Source: Octopus sinensis
Lineage: Eukaryota
NCBI RefSeq assembly: GCF_006345805.1
Contig: NW_021826228.1
Span: 1 to 36,197, forward strand
DNA: 36,197 nucleotides
Direction: 5' to 3'
Shown one piece after another: positions 11,601-23,532 of the stretch. The notes beneath the pieces are model-generated. The model saw nothing but the letters and a program-made list of their open reading frames with translations. It was not told where the DNA came from and did not search any database. A program made the translations under genes and the position numbers. Positions within the stretch are counted from its first letter, which is position 1. Each line of letters starts with the position of its first letter.

Positions 11601-14034
11601 TCTACCAAAATATTACTAATCCCACCGAATGCAATTTTTCAAAGAAAGACATTTAAAAATATATAGACCTGTATCACAGTGATTTCATACTTACGTAATC
11701 ATCAGCAGGCCTGAATATACCATAAATAAACAACGACCCCGCTTCGCTTAAGCCGATCAGCTAACTGATCAATCAACGAAGCACATGGTTGAATTTATAT
11801 ATACTATATCCGGATGAATGGCAAACTTTTACGAATTGCATTTCGGGAGAGGAAAAGTTTTTTCGGAATAAAATTTAGCAATTAAGGACAACTACTTAAT
11901 AAGAAAACTTAACAAGAAATTGTCAGGTAGATAGCGTAAAAACCTCATAAGAGAAAAAATTTCGAAAATAATTATTTCTTATTGAACATATTAATTTATA
12001 TATATAGAGGGCATTATACATACATGCCAGGAGGCATTCTACATACACGCCATACGCTAAGAGGACAATCAGTCATTTCTACCAAAATATTACTAATCCC
12101 ACCGAATGCAATTTTTCAAAGAAAGACATTTAAAAATATATAGACCTGTATCACAGTGATTTCATACTTACGTAATCATCAGCAGGCCTGAATATACCAT
12201 AAATAAACAACGACCCCGCTTCGCTTAAGCCGATCAGCTAACTGATCAACATCAACGAAGCACATGGTTGAATTTATATATACTATATCTCCGGATGAAT
12301 GGCAAACTTTTACGAATTGCATTTCGGGAGAGGAAAAGTTTTTTCGGAATAAAAATTTAGCAATTAAGGACAACTACTTAATAAGGAAAACTTAACAAGA
12401 AATTGTCAGGTAGATAGCGTAAAAACCTCATAAGAGAAAAAATTTCGAAAATAATTATTTCTTATTGAACATATTAATTTATATATATATAGAGGCATTA
12501 TACATACATGCCAGGAGGCATTCTACATACACGCCATACGCTAAGAGGGACAATCAGTCATTTCTACCAAAAATATACTAATCCCACCGAATGCAATTTT
12601 TCAAAGAAAGACATTTAAAAATATATAGACCTGTATCACAGTGATTTCATACTTACGTAATCATCAGCAGGCCTGAATATACCATAAATAAACAACGACC
12701 CCGCTTCGCTTAAGCCGATCAGCTAACTGATCAACATCAACGAAGCACATGGTTGATTTATATATACTATATCCGGATGAATGGCAAACTTTTACGAATT
12801 GCATTTCGGGAGAGGAAAAGTTTTTTCGGAATAAAAATTTAGCAATTAAGGACAACTACTTAATAAGGAAAACTTAACAAGAATTGTCAGGTAGATAGCG
12901 TAAAAACCTCATAAGAGAAAAATTTCGAAAATAATTATTTCTTATTGAACATATTATTTATATATATAGAGGGCATTATACATACATGCCAGGAGGCATT
13001 CTACATACACACGCCATACGCTAAGAGGGACAATCAGTCATTTCTACCAAAAATATTACTAATCCCACCGAATGCAATTTTTCAAAGAAAGACATTTAAA
13101 AATATATAGACCTGTATCACAGTGATTTCATACTTACGTAATCATCAGCAGGCCTGAATATACCATAAATAAACAACGACCCCGCTTCGCTTAAGCCGAT
13201 CAGCTAACTGATCAACATCAACGAAGCACATGGTTGAATTTATATATACTATATCCGGATGAATGGCAAACTTTTACGAATTGCATTTCGGGAGAGGAAA
13301 AGTTTTTTCGGAATAAAAATTTAGCAATTAAGGACAACTACTTAATAAGGAAAACTTAACAAGAAATTGTCAGGTAGATAGCGTAAAAACCTCATAAGAG
13401 AAAAAATTTCGAAAATAATTATTTCTTATTGAACATATTAATTTATATATATATAGAGGGCATTATACATACATGCCAGGAGGCATTCTACATACACGCC
13501 ATACGCTAAGAGGGACAATCAGTCATTTCTACCAAAAATATTACTAATCCCACCGAATGCAATTTTTCAAAGAAAGACATTTAAAAATATATAGACCTGT
13601 ATCACAGTGATTTCATACTTACGTAATCATCAGCAGGCCTGAATATACCATAAATAAACAACGACCCCGCTTCGCTTAAGCCGATCAGCTAACTGATCAA
13701 CATCAACGAAGCACATGGTTGAATTTATATATACTATATCCGGATGAATGGCAAACTTTTACGAATTGCATTTCGGGAGAGGAAAAGTTTTTTCGGAATA
13801 AAAATTTAGCAATTAAGGACAACTACTTAATAAGGAAAACTTAACAAGAAATTGTCAGGTAGATAGCGTAAAAACCTCATAAGAGAAAAAATTTCGAAAA
13901 TAATTATTTCTTATTGAACATATTAATTTATATATATATAGAGGGCATTATACATACATGCCAGGAGGCATTCTACATACACGCCATACGCTAAGAGGGA
14001 CAATCAGTCATTTCTACCAAAAATATTACTAATC
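8623..14034 (-). mobile_element. Hammerhead-bearing tandem array (putative non-LTR retrozyme), 11.2 units of ~483 bp; ribozyme-sense strand is minus
   Basis: Unit starts (gagggcatt) at about 8629, 9117, 9600, 10082, 10568, 11050, 11529, 12007, 12492, 12969, 13456, 13941. Units are near-identical (mostly homopolymer indels), with one hammerhead per full unit and no conserved ORF of note. Confidence 0.85.
8760..8822 (-). ncRNA. Type I hammerhead ribozyme, first of 11 minus-strand copies
   Basis: GGUAUAU-UC-AGGCCUG-CUGAUGA-U-UAC GUAA GUA-U-GAAA-UCAC U GUGA-UA/CAGGUCU-AUAUA. Other copies at about 9248-9310, 9728-9790, 10213-10275, 10699-10761, 11180-11242, 11659-11721, 12136-12198, 12621-12683, 13102-13164, 13587-13649. 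Predicted cleavage between 8773 and 8772. Confidence 0.85.
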
Positions 14035-14047
14035 TTACTAATATTAC

Positions 14048-15535
14048 TAAGTTTTCCTTATTAAGTAGTTGTCCTTAATTGCTAAATTTTTATTCCGAAA
14101 AAACTTTTCCTCTCCCGAAATGCAATTCGTAAAAGTTTGCCATTCATCCGGATATAGTATATATAAATTCAACCATGTGCTTCGTTGATGTTGATCAGTT
14201 GGCTGATCGGCTTAAGCGAAGCGGGGTCGTTGTTTATTTATGGTATATTCAGGCCTGCTGATGATTACGTAAGTATGAAATCACTGTGATACAGGTCTAT
14301 ATATTTTTAAATGTCTTTCTTTGAAAAATTGCATTCGGTGGGATTAGTAATATTTTTGGTAGAAATGACTGATTGTCCCTCTTAGCGTATGGCGTGTATG
14401 TAGAATGCCTCCTGGCATGTATGTATAATGCCCTCTCTATATATAAATTAATATGTTCAATAAGAAATAATTATTTTCGAAATTTTTTCTCTTATGAGGT
14501 TTTTACGCTATCTACCTGACAATTTCTTGTTAAGTTTTCCTTATTAAGTAGTTGTCCTTAATTGCTAAATTTTTATTCCGAAAAAACTTTTCCTCTCCCG
14601 AAATGCAATTCGTAAAAGTTTGCCATTCATCCGGATATAGTATATATAAATTCAACATGTGCTTCGTTGATGTTGATCAGTTAGCTGATCGGCTTAAGCG
14701 AAGCGGGGTCGTTGTTTATTTATGGTATATTCAGGCCTGCTGATGATTACGTAAGTATGAAATCACTGTGATACAGGTCTATATATTTTTAAATGTCTTT
14801 CTTTGAAAAATTGCATTCGGTGGGATTAGTAATATTTTTGGTAGAAATGACTGATTGTCCCTCTTAGCGTATGGCGTGTATGTAGAATGCCTCCTGGCAT
14901 GTATGTATATGCCCTCTATATATATATAAATTAATATGTTCAATAAGAAATATTATTTTCGAAATTTTTTCTCTTATGAGGTTTTTACGCTATCTACCTG
15001 ACAATTTCTTGTTAAGTTTTCCTTATTAAGTAGTTGTCCTTAATTGCTAAATTTTTATTCCGAAAAAACTTTTCCTCTCCCGAAATGCAATTCGTAAAAG
15101 TTTGCCATTCATCCGGATATAGTATATATAAATTCAACCATGTGCTTCGTTGATGTTGATCAGTTAGCTGATCGGCTTAAGCGAAGCGGGGTCGTTGTTT
15201 ATTTATGGTATATTCAGGCCTGCTGATGATTACGTAAGTATGAAATCACTGTGATACAGGTCTATATATTTTTAAATGTCTTTCTTTGAAAAATTGCATT
15301 CGGTGGGATTAGTAATATTTTTGGTAGAAATGACTGATTGTCCCTCTTAGCGTATGGCGTGTATGTAGAATGCCTCCTGGCATGTATGTATAATGCCCTC
15401 TATATATATAAATTAATATGTTCAATAAGAAATAATTATTTTCGAAATTTTTTCTCTTATGAGGTTTTTACTATCTACCTGACAATTTCTTGTTAAGTTT
15501 TCCTTATTAAGTAGTTGTCCTTAATTGCTAAATTT
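14048..15535 (+). mobile_element. Inverted part of the same array, 3.1 units; ribozyme-sense strand is plus
   Basis: Reverse complement of the 483-bp unit, starting at taagttttcc and ending at gctaaattt. Confidence 0.9.
14242..14304 (+). ncRNA. Type I hammerhead ribozyme, first of 3 plus-strand copies (others 14724-14786, 15207-15269)
   Basis: CTGATGA 14258-14264, GAAA 14277-14280, stem III ATCAC-T-GTGAT, cleavage after A14291 (AUA triplet), stem I AGGCCTG/CAGGTCT. Confidence 0.85.
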
Positions 15536-15550
15536 ATATTTGTATATATA
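15535..15550 (+). repeat. Right copy of the 16-bp direct repeat (putative TSD)
   Basis: TATATTTGTATATATA, identical to 8607-8622. Confidence 0.75.
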
Positions 15551-15703
15551 ATACATTACGGAGAGGTACTTGCATACAAGTGACTTGATCTGAGATCGTA
15601 TGCTGGAACGAAAACTTGTAGTGCATCTAACGGTTTTGTGTGTTTCGTAAATGGCTTATAAACACTTTCCACGCTGCAATTCTTATATATAATATACATA
15701 TAT

Positions 15704-15737
<34 letters not shown>

Positions 15738-16971
15738 AACCTAATTAACACCCAAATGTTAGTCATTTCTTTTATGATCCAAAACTAGGTCAAAAGTACT
15801 GAATGGATCTTTATGAAATTTGGAAATTATATTCTATGCATAAGGGCCATAACCCCCATGACAATTCATATATTTTTGCTGTTGATGAAATTTTAACCAT
15901 AGATATTAGACACAAATGAAGTAATATTTATAACAATTCATCTTCTTATAAGTTAGAAAGACCCCTCCATGGAGACTTAACACCCACAATTTTGTCATCT
16001 TATCTAAGCACAGACGAATACAGTTGTACTCTTGGAAGCTGTGGGGTCATCCGAGCATAGAAGAAGAGCATTATTTGTAATTCAATGGTACACCAGTGTA
16101 ACAGTTTGCTTTGACATACACTTACATTGGGATTTCTGCAATGTGGTGCATAAATTGTCAAATAAATGAGAGGCATCTTTGCCTCCACTGATTCAGTTGC
16201 AAAGTGTTGAGTAAAGTTATTTGATTGCAGACCTCCTTTCAGTCTTTTTACCATCACTGGGTCACACATAGTAACAATGATTTAAAGGGCTTTCCAGATG
16301 AGTGACTGGTTATTAAAAGACATTTATGGTTCGTAATCTTATTCTGTCCAGTTACGTATCAGTATAGAGGTCATTTTCAAACTCCAGAGGTGACACTTTC
16401 ATTTCTCCTAGCCCACACGTCACACATTTGTTAATGTGTTATTTCAGTTGAGTCACGCCCTTCTAATTGCTATAGATTCGTAATGTGCCTGTCACCTGGA
16501 TGGTGAGGAATCCTACATTGGGAGTGGTAACGACTAGTGTAGGGTAGCTGACTGCTTATTGTTATCATTCATCTTTTGGTTTCCTGTAGCTTTGCTCTCT
16601 TTTACAATCCAGCGAACATATATTTCCTATTTCAAAGAAATTCAAACAATAGATATAAGACCCAAATTAAAAAAAATTCTCAACAATTCAAATTCTCTGG
16701 TCGACATTAAAATACTCACACCCAACAGGGGCCTTAAATCTCACACTAAAGTGCTCCATGACCGTCTATTTTAAGGTGCAAGATCCTTTTAACAGGTACA
16801 ATATGACTGGAATTTTGGAATATGCCTATAAAAATCAGTATTATGGGATACATGTGGCACGATTACAATTTTGTTTGGGAGCGTAAAGAGGGACATAACC
16901 TTCATCTGCAATTTTGATGAAATTCGAAAGATAGATATTCCAGTTCATTACAGAAATTATAACAGAAAAGT

Positions 16972-18120
16972 TTAGCCAATAAAAACACACGCACTATATA
17001 TTTGGTGTTATTTTGCTTCAGTGATATTTATTTTTTACATTAATCTTAATCTTATTTCGGCCAGAGTTCTTTCGTCACACTCCTGTGACCGCATCAGTGG
17101 TCCTTTGTTTTCTTCTTTCGTATTTGTGTCTCTCCTTACTATTTGTGTCTCTCCGTCAGCTATTTTGTATTTCTATTGTATGTCTTCATTTGAGCATGCT
17201 TATATTTCTATGTGCCTCTATGTTTATTTAGTGTGTGTGTGGGGGGATGCCTGTAATATTTGTATCTTCTGTTTATATACATTCATGTAATTTGTATTTT
17301 GTTTTTGTTGTTGTTGCTTTTGTTCTAATTTTGTTCATGTGTTTACATCCACCCATTATTATCATTACATATGCTTGTATGTATGTATAACAACAATATT
17401 AGTAATAATAATAATAAATCTAATCGAAAAAAAAATATATATATACATACATATACATACATAGATATATATACATATATATATAGTTATTCATATATAT
17501 ATATATACATATACATACATAGATATATATACATATATATAGTTATTCATTTCTATTTGTTTATTTATCTGTGTATTTATTTATTATGTTTTCGGGATCC
17601 TCTATCGTCATATGTTGTGGTGTGTGCTATTGATCCATTCTAGTTTTCTATTCAGGCTAGGTTTATTTTCTATTATATGTGTAGCTTCTGTAATTTGTCT
17701 AATTGTTGCATCTGTTCTATGTGTGGACAATATCTTAATCTCTATGTTATTGATTGATCCCCCTTTTCCTGTTCGGCGTGTCGGTACAGAATCGACGAGC
17801 TTTTACCTTCCTTCAGTTGTCTACAATGTCATTCACCCGCTCTCCTATGCTTCTTGCGTTCCCCTACGTATGTTATTGTCTTGTGTACTACTGCATCGTC
17901 CCTCTATACATCTTATACTATAGACTACATTTCTGGCTATACAGTTTGTTTGTGGGCTAAATCTACATACAGTGCAATAGTTATCCGTACAGAGGGTTCT
18001 ACTAAAAGGATAGGTTCTACCAATTATAGATTTGATAGGGTTGCCTGGCTTTTCAACAACCTTAATTCTTAGTTTAAGTTTATCTAGGGTTCTTCTAAAG
18101 CGGTACGCCAGTTCACCTCC
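16972..18120 (-). mobile_element. Penelope-like element: GIY-YIG endonuclease region plus 3' UTR/pLTR (frameshifted copy)
   Basis: Reverse complement of 33440-34578; small deletions near 17760 and 17850 break the frame; degenerate hammerhead at 17059-17103. Confidence 0.85.
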
Positions 18121-18124
18121 ACTG

Positions 18125-18609
18125 AACTCTGGCTAGAAATTGTGAAAAATAAAACCCAAATCCTTCATTCATACTATGCAAAACCTATGGCCTCAAAATA
18201 CCTGATCCACCGGAACTCAGCCATTGCGGGCAATGCCAAATTCAATATTTTGATGGAAGACCTCGTCAGAATAATGAGAAATGTGTCACGCATGTGCGAG
18301 CCTACAGAATTAAAGAGACACATACAGTATTTCATTCACCGCATGCAGTTCTCAGGTTACAGCCATAAAGAAAGTATCAGAGTATACAAAGGAGTCTTGA
18401 AGAAATTTGATAATATATTATGTAATGATAGGAATGGGATTTGCCCACCCTATAGGACAAGTCATGGAACACTATAGAAAGGACAAAAAAGAAAATAGGG
18501 AAGGCCAACTCTTGGTATGATAGCCATAAATACCAGAGTGTCATGTTCGTTGACACCACCCCTGGAGGTGAACTGGCGTACCGCTTTAGAAGGACCCTAG
18601 ATAAACTTA
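18125..18609 (+). mobile_element. Inverted 5' segment of the same PLE (RT C-terminal/thumb region)
   Basis: YYAKPMASKYLIHRNSAIAGNAKFNILMEDLVRIMRNVS...MQFSGYS...YQSVMFVDTTPGGELAYRFRRTLDKL. It shares a 46-bp inverted overlap (18564-18609 vs 18075-18120) with the EN segment. Confidence 0.8.
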
Positions 18610-19709
18610 TAGAAGTTTCTTGCCCCGAATGCCACGAAATGGGACTGAACCTGGAAACTCGCAGTTGGAAAGGAAAGCTCTTACCCCACAGTCGTGCAAA
18701 TAGTGATAATGATAATGATGATTATTGCTTACTGATTTGCGCAGTTATTTTGTTTTTTCTTTAGAAAAGTGTCTTTGTGTTAATGTTCAGTCAAACGTAA
18801 TAACAACAACTAGAACATTCTTTGTAATAAAGGCAAAATATTGCACACACCCATTCATTTCTTTGAAATCGTTTGGTAAATAGACAACGATTTATGCATT
18901 ACACACGCGCTCGCGCAGACACACAAACACACAAACAAACACATATCTTCCTGGTTGGTTATTGTTACAGAGGAGATGGTGTCATTGCAGAGACTAAATG
19001 TATGAGAGAAAAATATGAAGGATATTTTAGGAAAGAGAGAAAATTGGGATTAAAAAAGGCTGACAGAGGGATTGGAGAGTGAAAGGTGTGCGGAGAAGCA
19101 GAGTAAATTCAATATATTTCAGGTGTTTCGTGTTATTTCAATCAATTTGACCATCTCGCAGATAACTGTGGATTTAAATTTCCTAAAACGAAATGGTGGT
19201 GGTGGTGGGAAAGAGCATTGGTGGTGTATCGTCTGCTGTTTCTTGCAATTCACGTAGCCATTATTTGCCGCAATGCTTTACACAGGCAAAGCAGTCCTAT
19301 AAAACACTGCCCTGCCGAGTTTCATTATTCATAACTCTAAAGAAATTGGGTTTTTAAAATAAACTTTTTTTTTATGAATATACTCCTAATATTGTACGTT
19401 CCAACTATATCGGATTTTCTTGTGAAAACTCATTTTTTGCTCCCGTCAAAGCCGAATCGTTTCATTCCCCCAAATTTCAGCCGAATTTCGAAACATGCTT
19501 TTCAAAACAATTTCAAATACAATCGGACTGCAAACCTTCTGACACATTTTTGAATAAAATTTCATTCAAAAATATTCTTTTTTCTAAAGGTTAGGGAACA
19601 AATTCTTTGCGGTACAGTTGTGTGGATATGGTGGTAGGTGATAATTATATAAACATATATAGGAACATGCAGTAAGACTGATATTTCTACATTTACATAT
19701 ATATACATT

Positions 19710-19780
<71 letters not shown>

Positions 19781-19879
19781 ATATACATACATTCTTTCCT
19801 ATATTGTTAAAAATATAACTCATAGATGTATTATTTTATAACATATTACAGTTTTATATACATTTGTACATACATACAT

Positions 19880-20220
19880 GGAGACATGCGTGGTATCTTG
19901 AGTAAGTGTCTTCTACTATAAAATTAGGCAGACGAATGCTTTGGGAGTGTAATTGATAGACGGAAACTGAAAGAAGCCCCGTCGTATATGTTTATCCATG
20001 TGTGTCTTTTTGTCTGCGATTCTCACCCATTACCGCTTGATAACGAGTGTTTCTGTGTTTACGTTTCGGTGACTTAGTAGTTTGAGGAAAAGAGACTGAT
20101 AGACTGACTACTAGGCTTTACGAAAAGACTATTCCTTGAGTCGATTTACTCAACTACATAGCCTGATGGCAGTGCCCCATCATGGCCGCAGTCAAATGAC
20201 TGAAACGAATTAAAGAATAT
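19880..20220 (+). mobile_element. Degraded SINE (paralog at ~28955-29290, -)
   Basis: agtgtcttctactata...cggaaactgaaagaagccc...catggccgcagtcaaatgactgaa, same family as 5950-6329. Confidence 0.7.
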
Positions 20221-21749
20221 ATATACTAGTACCAATACAACAACCAACCAATACAGCAAACACCACAACCACAGAGACATCTCCCCTACAACTATCATGA
20301 CCACCACCACCAATACTAACAATACTCCTTTTCTAGAATGCGCGGAGGGATGGACCCTTTGCATATACAAAAGAGCACATCCCAACTGTTTTCATTCTAT
20401 AGAAAAGCACCCCCTAGTGTCACGAATGAATTCTTCTTCTCATAGGTATCTTCTTGTTTTTCCATGCATCGAATTCATTGGACAGTCGATAGCATTGTGC
20501 TTTAGGACTATGGTCTTATCTGATGATAGCCTCTAAAAGAATATCTGTCCAAATAAACTGGCGAAAATAATCCCAAGCACACAAACCAAGTTTCTCTGAG
20601 GCCAAATCTGCAATTTTTAACGCTAAGTCAAAATCCCGATTCTCCGTTGACGGCCACACGCATTTTGCAATTGTCCACGAATTCATCTTATCCACAACAC
20701 ATTTTCACATTGTAATAATTAATGCCAATTAAAGTCTAATTTAAAAAGAAAATTAAATGAATTATTATAATGAATTCCACCGTTGCTAGAAATAGCAGCC
20801 AAATCTACACTGAAATGACAACATATTGCCTTCCAAATCTCCATCTATATTTATATATGAGCCGATGAAATTTCAATTGTAATAGATAGAGCTGTTAGAA
20901 CTAGCAGCCAAATAACTCCTGTTCTTCTGAAGTTCACTGCAGTTTATAAACAAATAAACAACAACAGGTTCATTTAACCGCGCCATTTCATACGCTAGAA
21001 ACGGCAGCAAAACTTTATCAAATATATATGCGAGGATGGAAGCAAAGAAGCCAGAATTTTGCTGTAAGCCCCTTATATAAACACTCAAAATTATCTTATT
21101 TTCTGGACTTTTCGGAAGCGTTTTGAGAATTTGTGTTCATGCAATTATTCAACTCCCCACAGCCAAAAGGTGTTTCTCGTGTGTTTCAAAGGTCCTTCGT
21201 ATATCTCACACATTTGCCAGCATCGAATTGCATGTTGATTCCTTCTGACCATTTTTATGTGGCGTCTATGTCTTTCTGTTGAAGATTCGCTTAAGAGGGT
21301 TCTTTAACTCCATTTGTGTTGTTGGCGTTCCTGATTGGTGTGGATGTCTCACACAAACACACACACACATACACATACACGCATAACCTCACACACACAT
21401 ACACGCCCAACCCTCACACACACGTGCAAAATACACACACGTACACACACAGACACACATATGCATGTATTCCTATATATATCCAGACACATGAACTCAT
21501 GCATGGGACACTGCAATATATAACACACTTCCGGAAAACCAATCTACAGAAATTACGCTTCTCAGGAACAGAAAGGAGAAAGCTAATTCGAAGGCTCACA
21601 CACAATCCGTCACAGGAACTGTAAAAATATGTAAAGTTTTCAAGAAGTTCATTGTTTATATATATGCGGATATCTAGACATGCAACTATATGCATGAGAT
21701 TACATACATACAGAAAAACATCCAAATCTAGAGCAAAATATGAGACACA

Positions 21750-21923
21750 TCCCAGTGATTTTTTTTATGTTGATAATCCTAGTAGGTATCCTTTCACATT
21801 TTTCTTGTGACACCAGGAAGTTATGGGGATGTAAATAAATGAACGGCAGTTGTGAAGCAGTGATGAGGGAGAAACACAGAGACAAAGACACACACATACA
21901 CTTACATGTATACATACATATAT

Positions 21924-21985
<62 letters not shown>

Positions 21986-22149
21986 GATTGATCTGTTTCA
22001 GTTTCTATCTACAGAATCCATTGGCAAGGTTATAGTTGATCTGAAGCTATAGCAGAATATACATGCCAAGTCACTACACAGTGGGACTGAACCCAGGACT
22101 ATGTATTTTGGAACCAAATTTGTTACCACACAGCCACACCTTCACCTAT
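21750..22149 (-). mobile_element. Degraded SINE (paralog at ~27361-27710, +)
   Basis: gctatagcagaa...cagtgggactgaacccagg...cacacagccacac, same family as 5950-6329. Confidence 0.7.
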
Positions 22150-22464
22150 GTATATGTCTGTGTGTATGTGTGTATATGTGTATGCTTGTATATATGTATG
22201 CATGTATATATGTATATATGTGTAGATATTACAGGTACATCTATATATATATATATGCATCCACGCATATTTATATAATTTATATCTACAAATATATAAA
22301 CATATACACATATGCCTGTATACATATACATCTATATCTATAGAAATACATCTATACATATACAGGCATACATATATAGCTATATATTTACATATATACT
22401 TATACATCAATCTATTTATCTATCTATCTATCTATCTGTCTGTCTATCTATCTATATATCTATA

Positions 22465-22531
<67 letters not shown>

Positions 22532-22676
22532 ATATGTATATATATATACATATATATATATATAAATACATGTATATATATATACTAGGATATATAAAAA
22601 TATAGTTATGTACATCTGTATGTATTTGTATATACATTTCTGCAGATGTATACATACATACATACATATATATTAG

Positions 22677-23532
22677 TCTCCTGAAGGAATGTAGATACCA
22701 ACTTGCAGTCCCTCTGACGAACCTCTGGAAAAATTCGTTAGACGCAGGTTATATACCGAAACAGTTTCTATGCCAGTCAGTCATCCCGGTTCTCAAACAG
22801 TGAAACAGATCCCTCGTAGTCAACTATCGCCCAATCTCACTCACCTCACACAATATTAAAGTATTTGAAAGAGTGTGAAGATTAAGGATAGCTGACTTCC
22901 TGGAGATCCACAAACTTTGAAATGCAAATCAGCATGGCTTTCGCTGTGGCAGGGACTGTCTAACACAGCTCTTACACCACATTGAAGATATACTCAAAGC
23001 CTTGGGAACAGGTTCGATTTCTGATGTCATATATCTTCACTTCCGTAAAGCGTTCGACAGAGTAGACCATAATATCCTACTCTCAAAATTGGCAAATGTT
23101 GGATTCCGTGGAAAAGTTCTACACTGGATTAAGTATTTCCTTGCGTGTAGAACACAACATGTTGTAGTTGATGGAGTCCACTCAAGCCCAGCAAAATTCA
23201 CCAGCGGTGTCCCCCAGGGGACTATCTTGGGCCCGCTACTCTTTATAATTTATATAAACGACATTTCCAGTGTCGTACGTTACTGCAAAGTGAAAATATT
23301 TGCTGATGACACTAAGCTCCAGCAAATCGTCAATGAAGAAGCAGTCCAAACTCAACTGCAGTCTGATCTATATGCTGTGAGTCAATGGGCAGACAGAAAC
23401 AAAATGCAACTGAACGAGGGAAAATTTGAGCTGATGCATTTTGGAAGAAATTCCTCACTAAAACAGCTATACTCTCTTCCTTCAGGGGAACCGCTCACAG
23501 CCTCTAACAATATCAGAAACATGGGTGTAATT
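22677..23532 (+). mobile_element. CR1/L2-group LINE A, 5' part (RT domain), 5'-truncated, with stops
   Basis: NYRPISLTS, NQHGFR, YLHFRKAFDRVDH, SGVPQGTILGPLLFIIYIND, IFADDTKL motifs. Confidence 0.92.

Noticed and set aside
9771-14743. Repeated 63-64 aa ORF MSLIAKFLFRKNFSSPEMQF... in the array
   Set aside because: It starts at a TTG, is open in only 4 of 14 units, has no recognisable domain, and overlaps the ribozyme; RNA structure explains the conservation better.
8623-15535. Array as a CRISPR array, MITE tandem, or ordinary/centromeric satellite
   Set aside because: There are no unique spacers and no terminal inverted repeats at unit boundaries. The TSD, the empty paralogous site and the per-unit hammerhead are not explained by a plain satellite.
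16000-16774. ORFs MCDPVMVK... (89 aa) and MLSFIFWF... (71 aa)
   Set aside because: No recognisable motifs; the first has a stop in the paralogous arm.
20510-20580. CTGATGA...GAAA motif
   Set aside because: No stem I or stem III can be formed.
20873-21088. 71-aa ORF MSVYIRGLQQ... preserved in both arms (28361-28576)
   Set aside because: The arms are about 98% identical here, so preservation is expected by descent; it has a GTG start and no recognisable domain.
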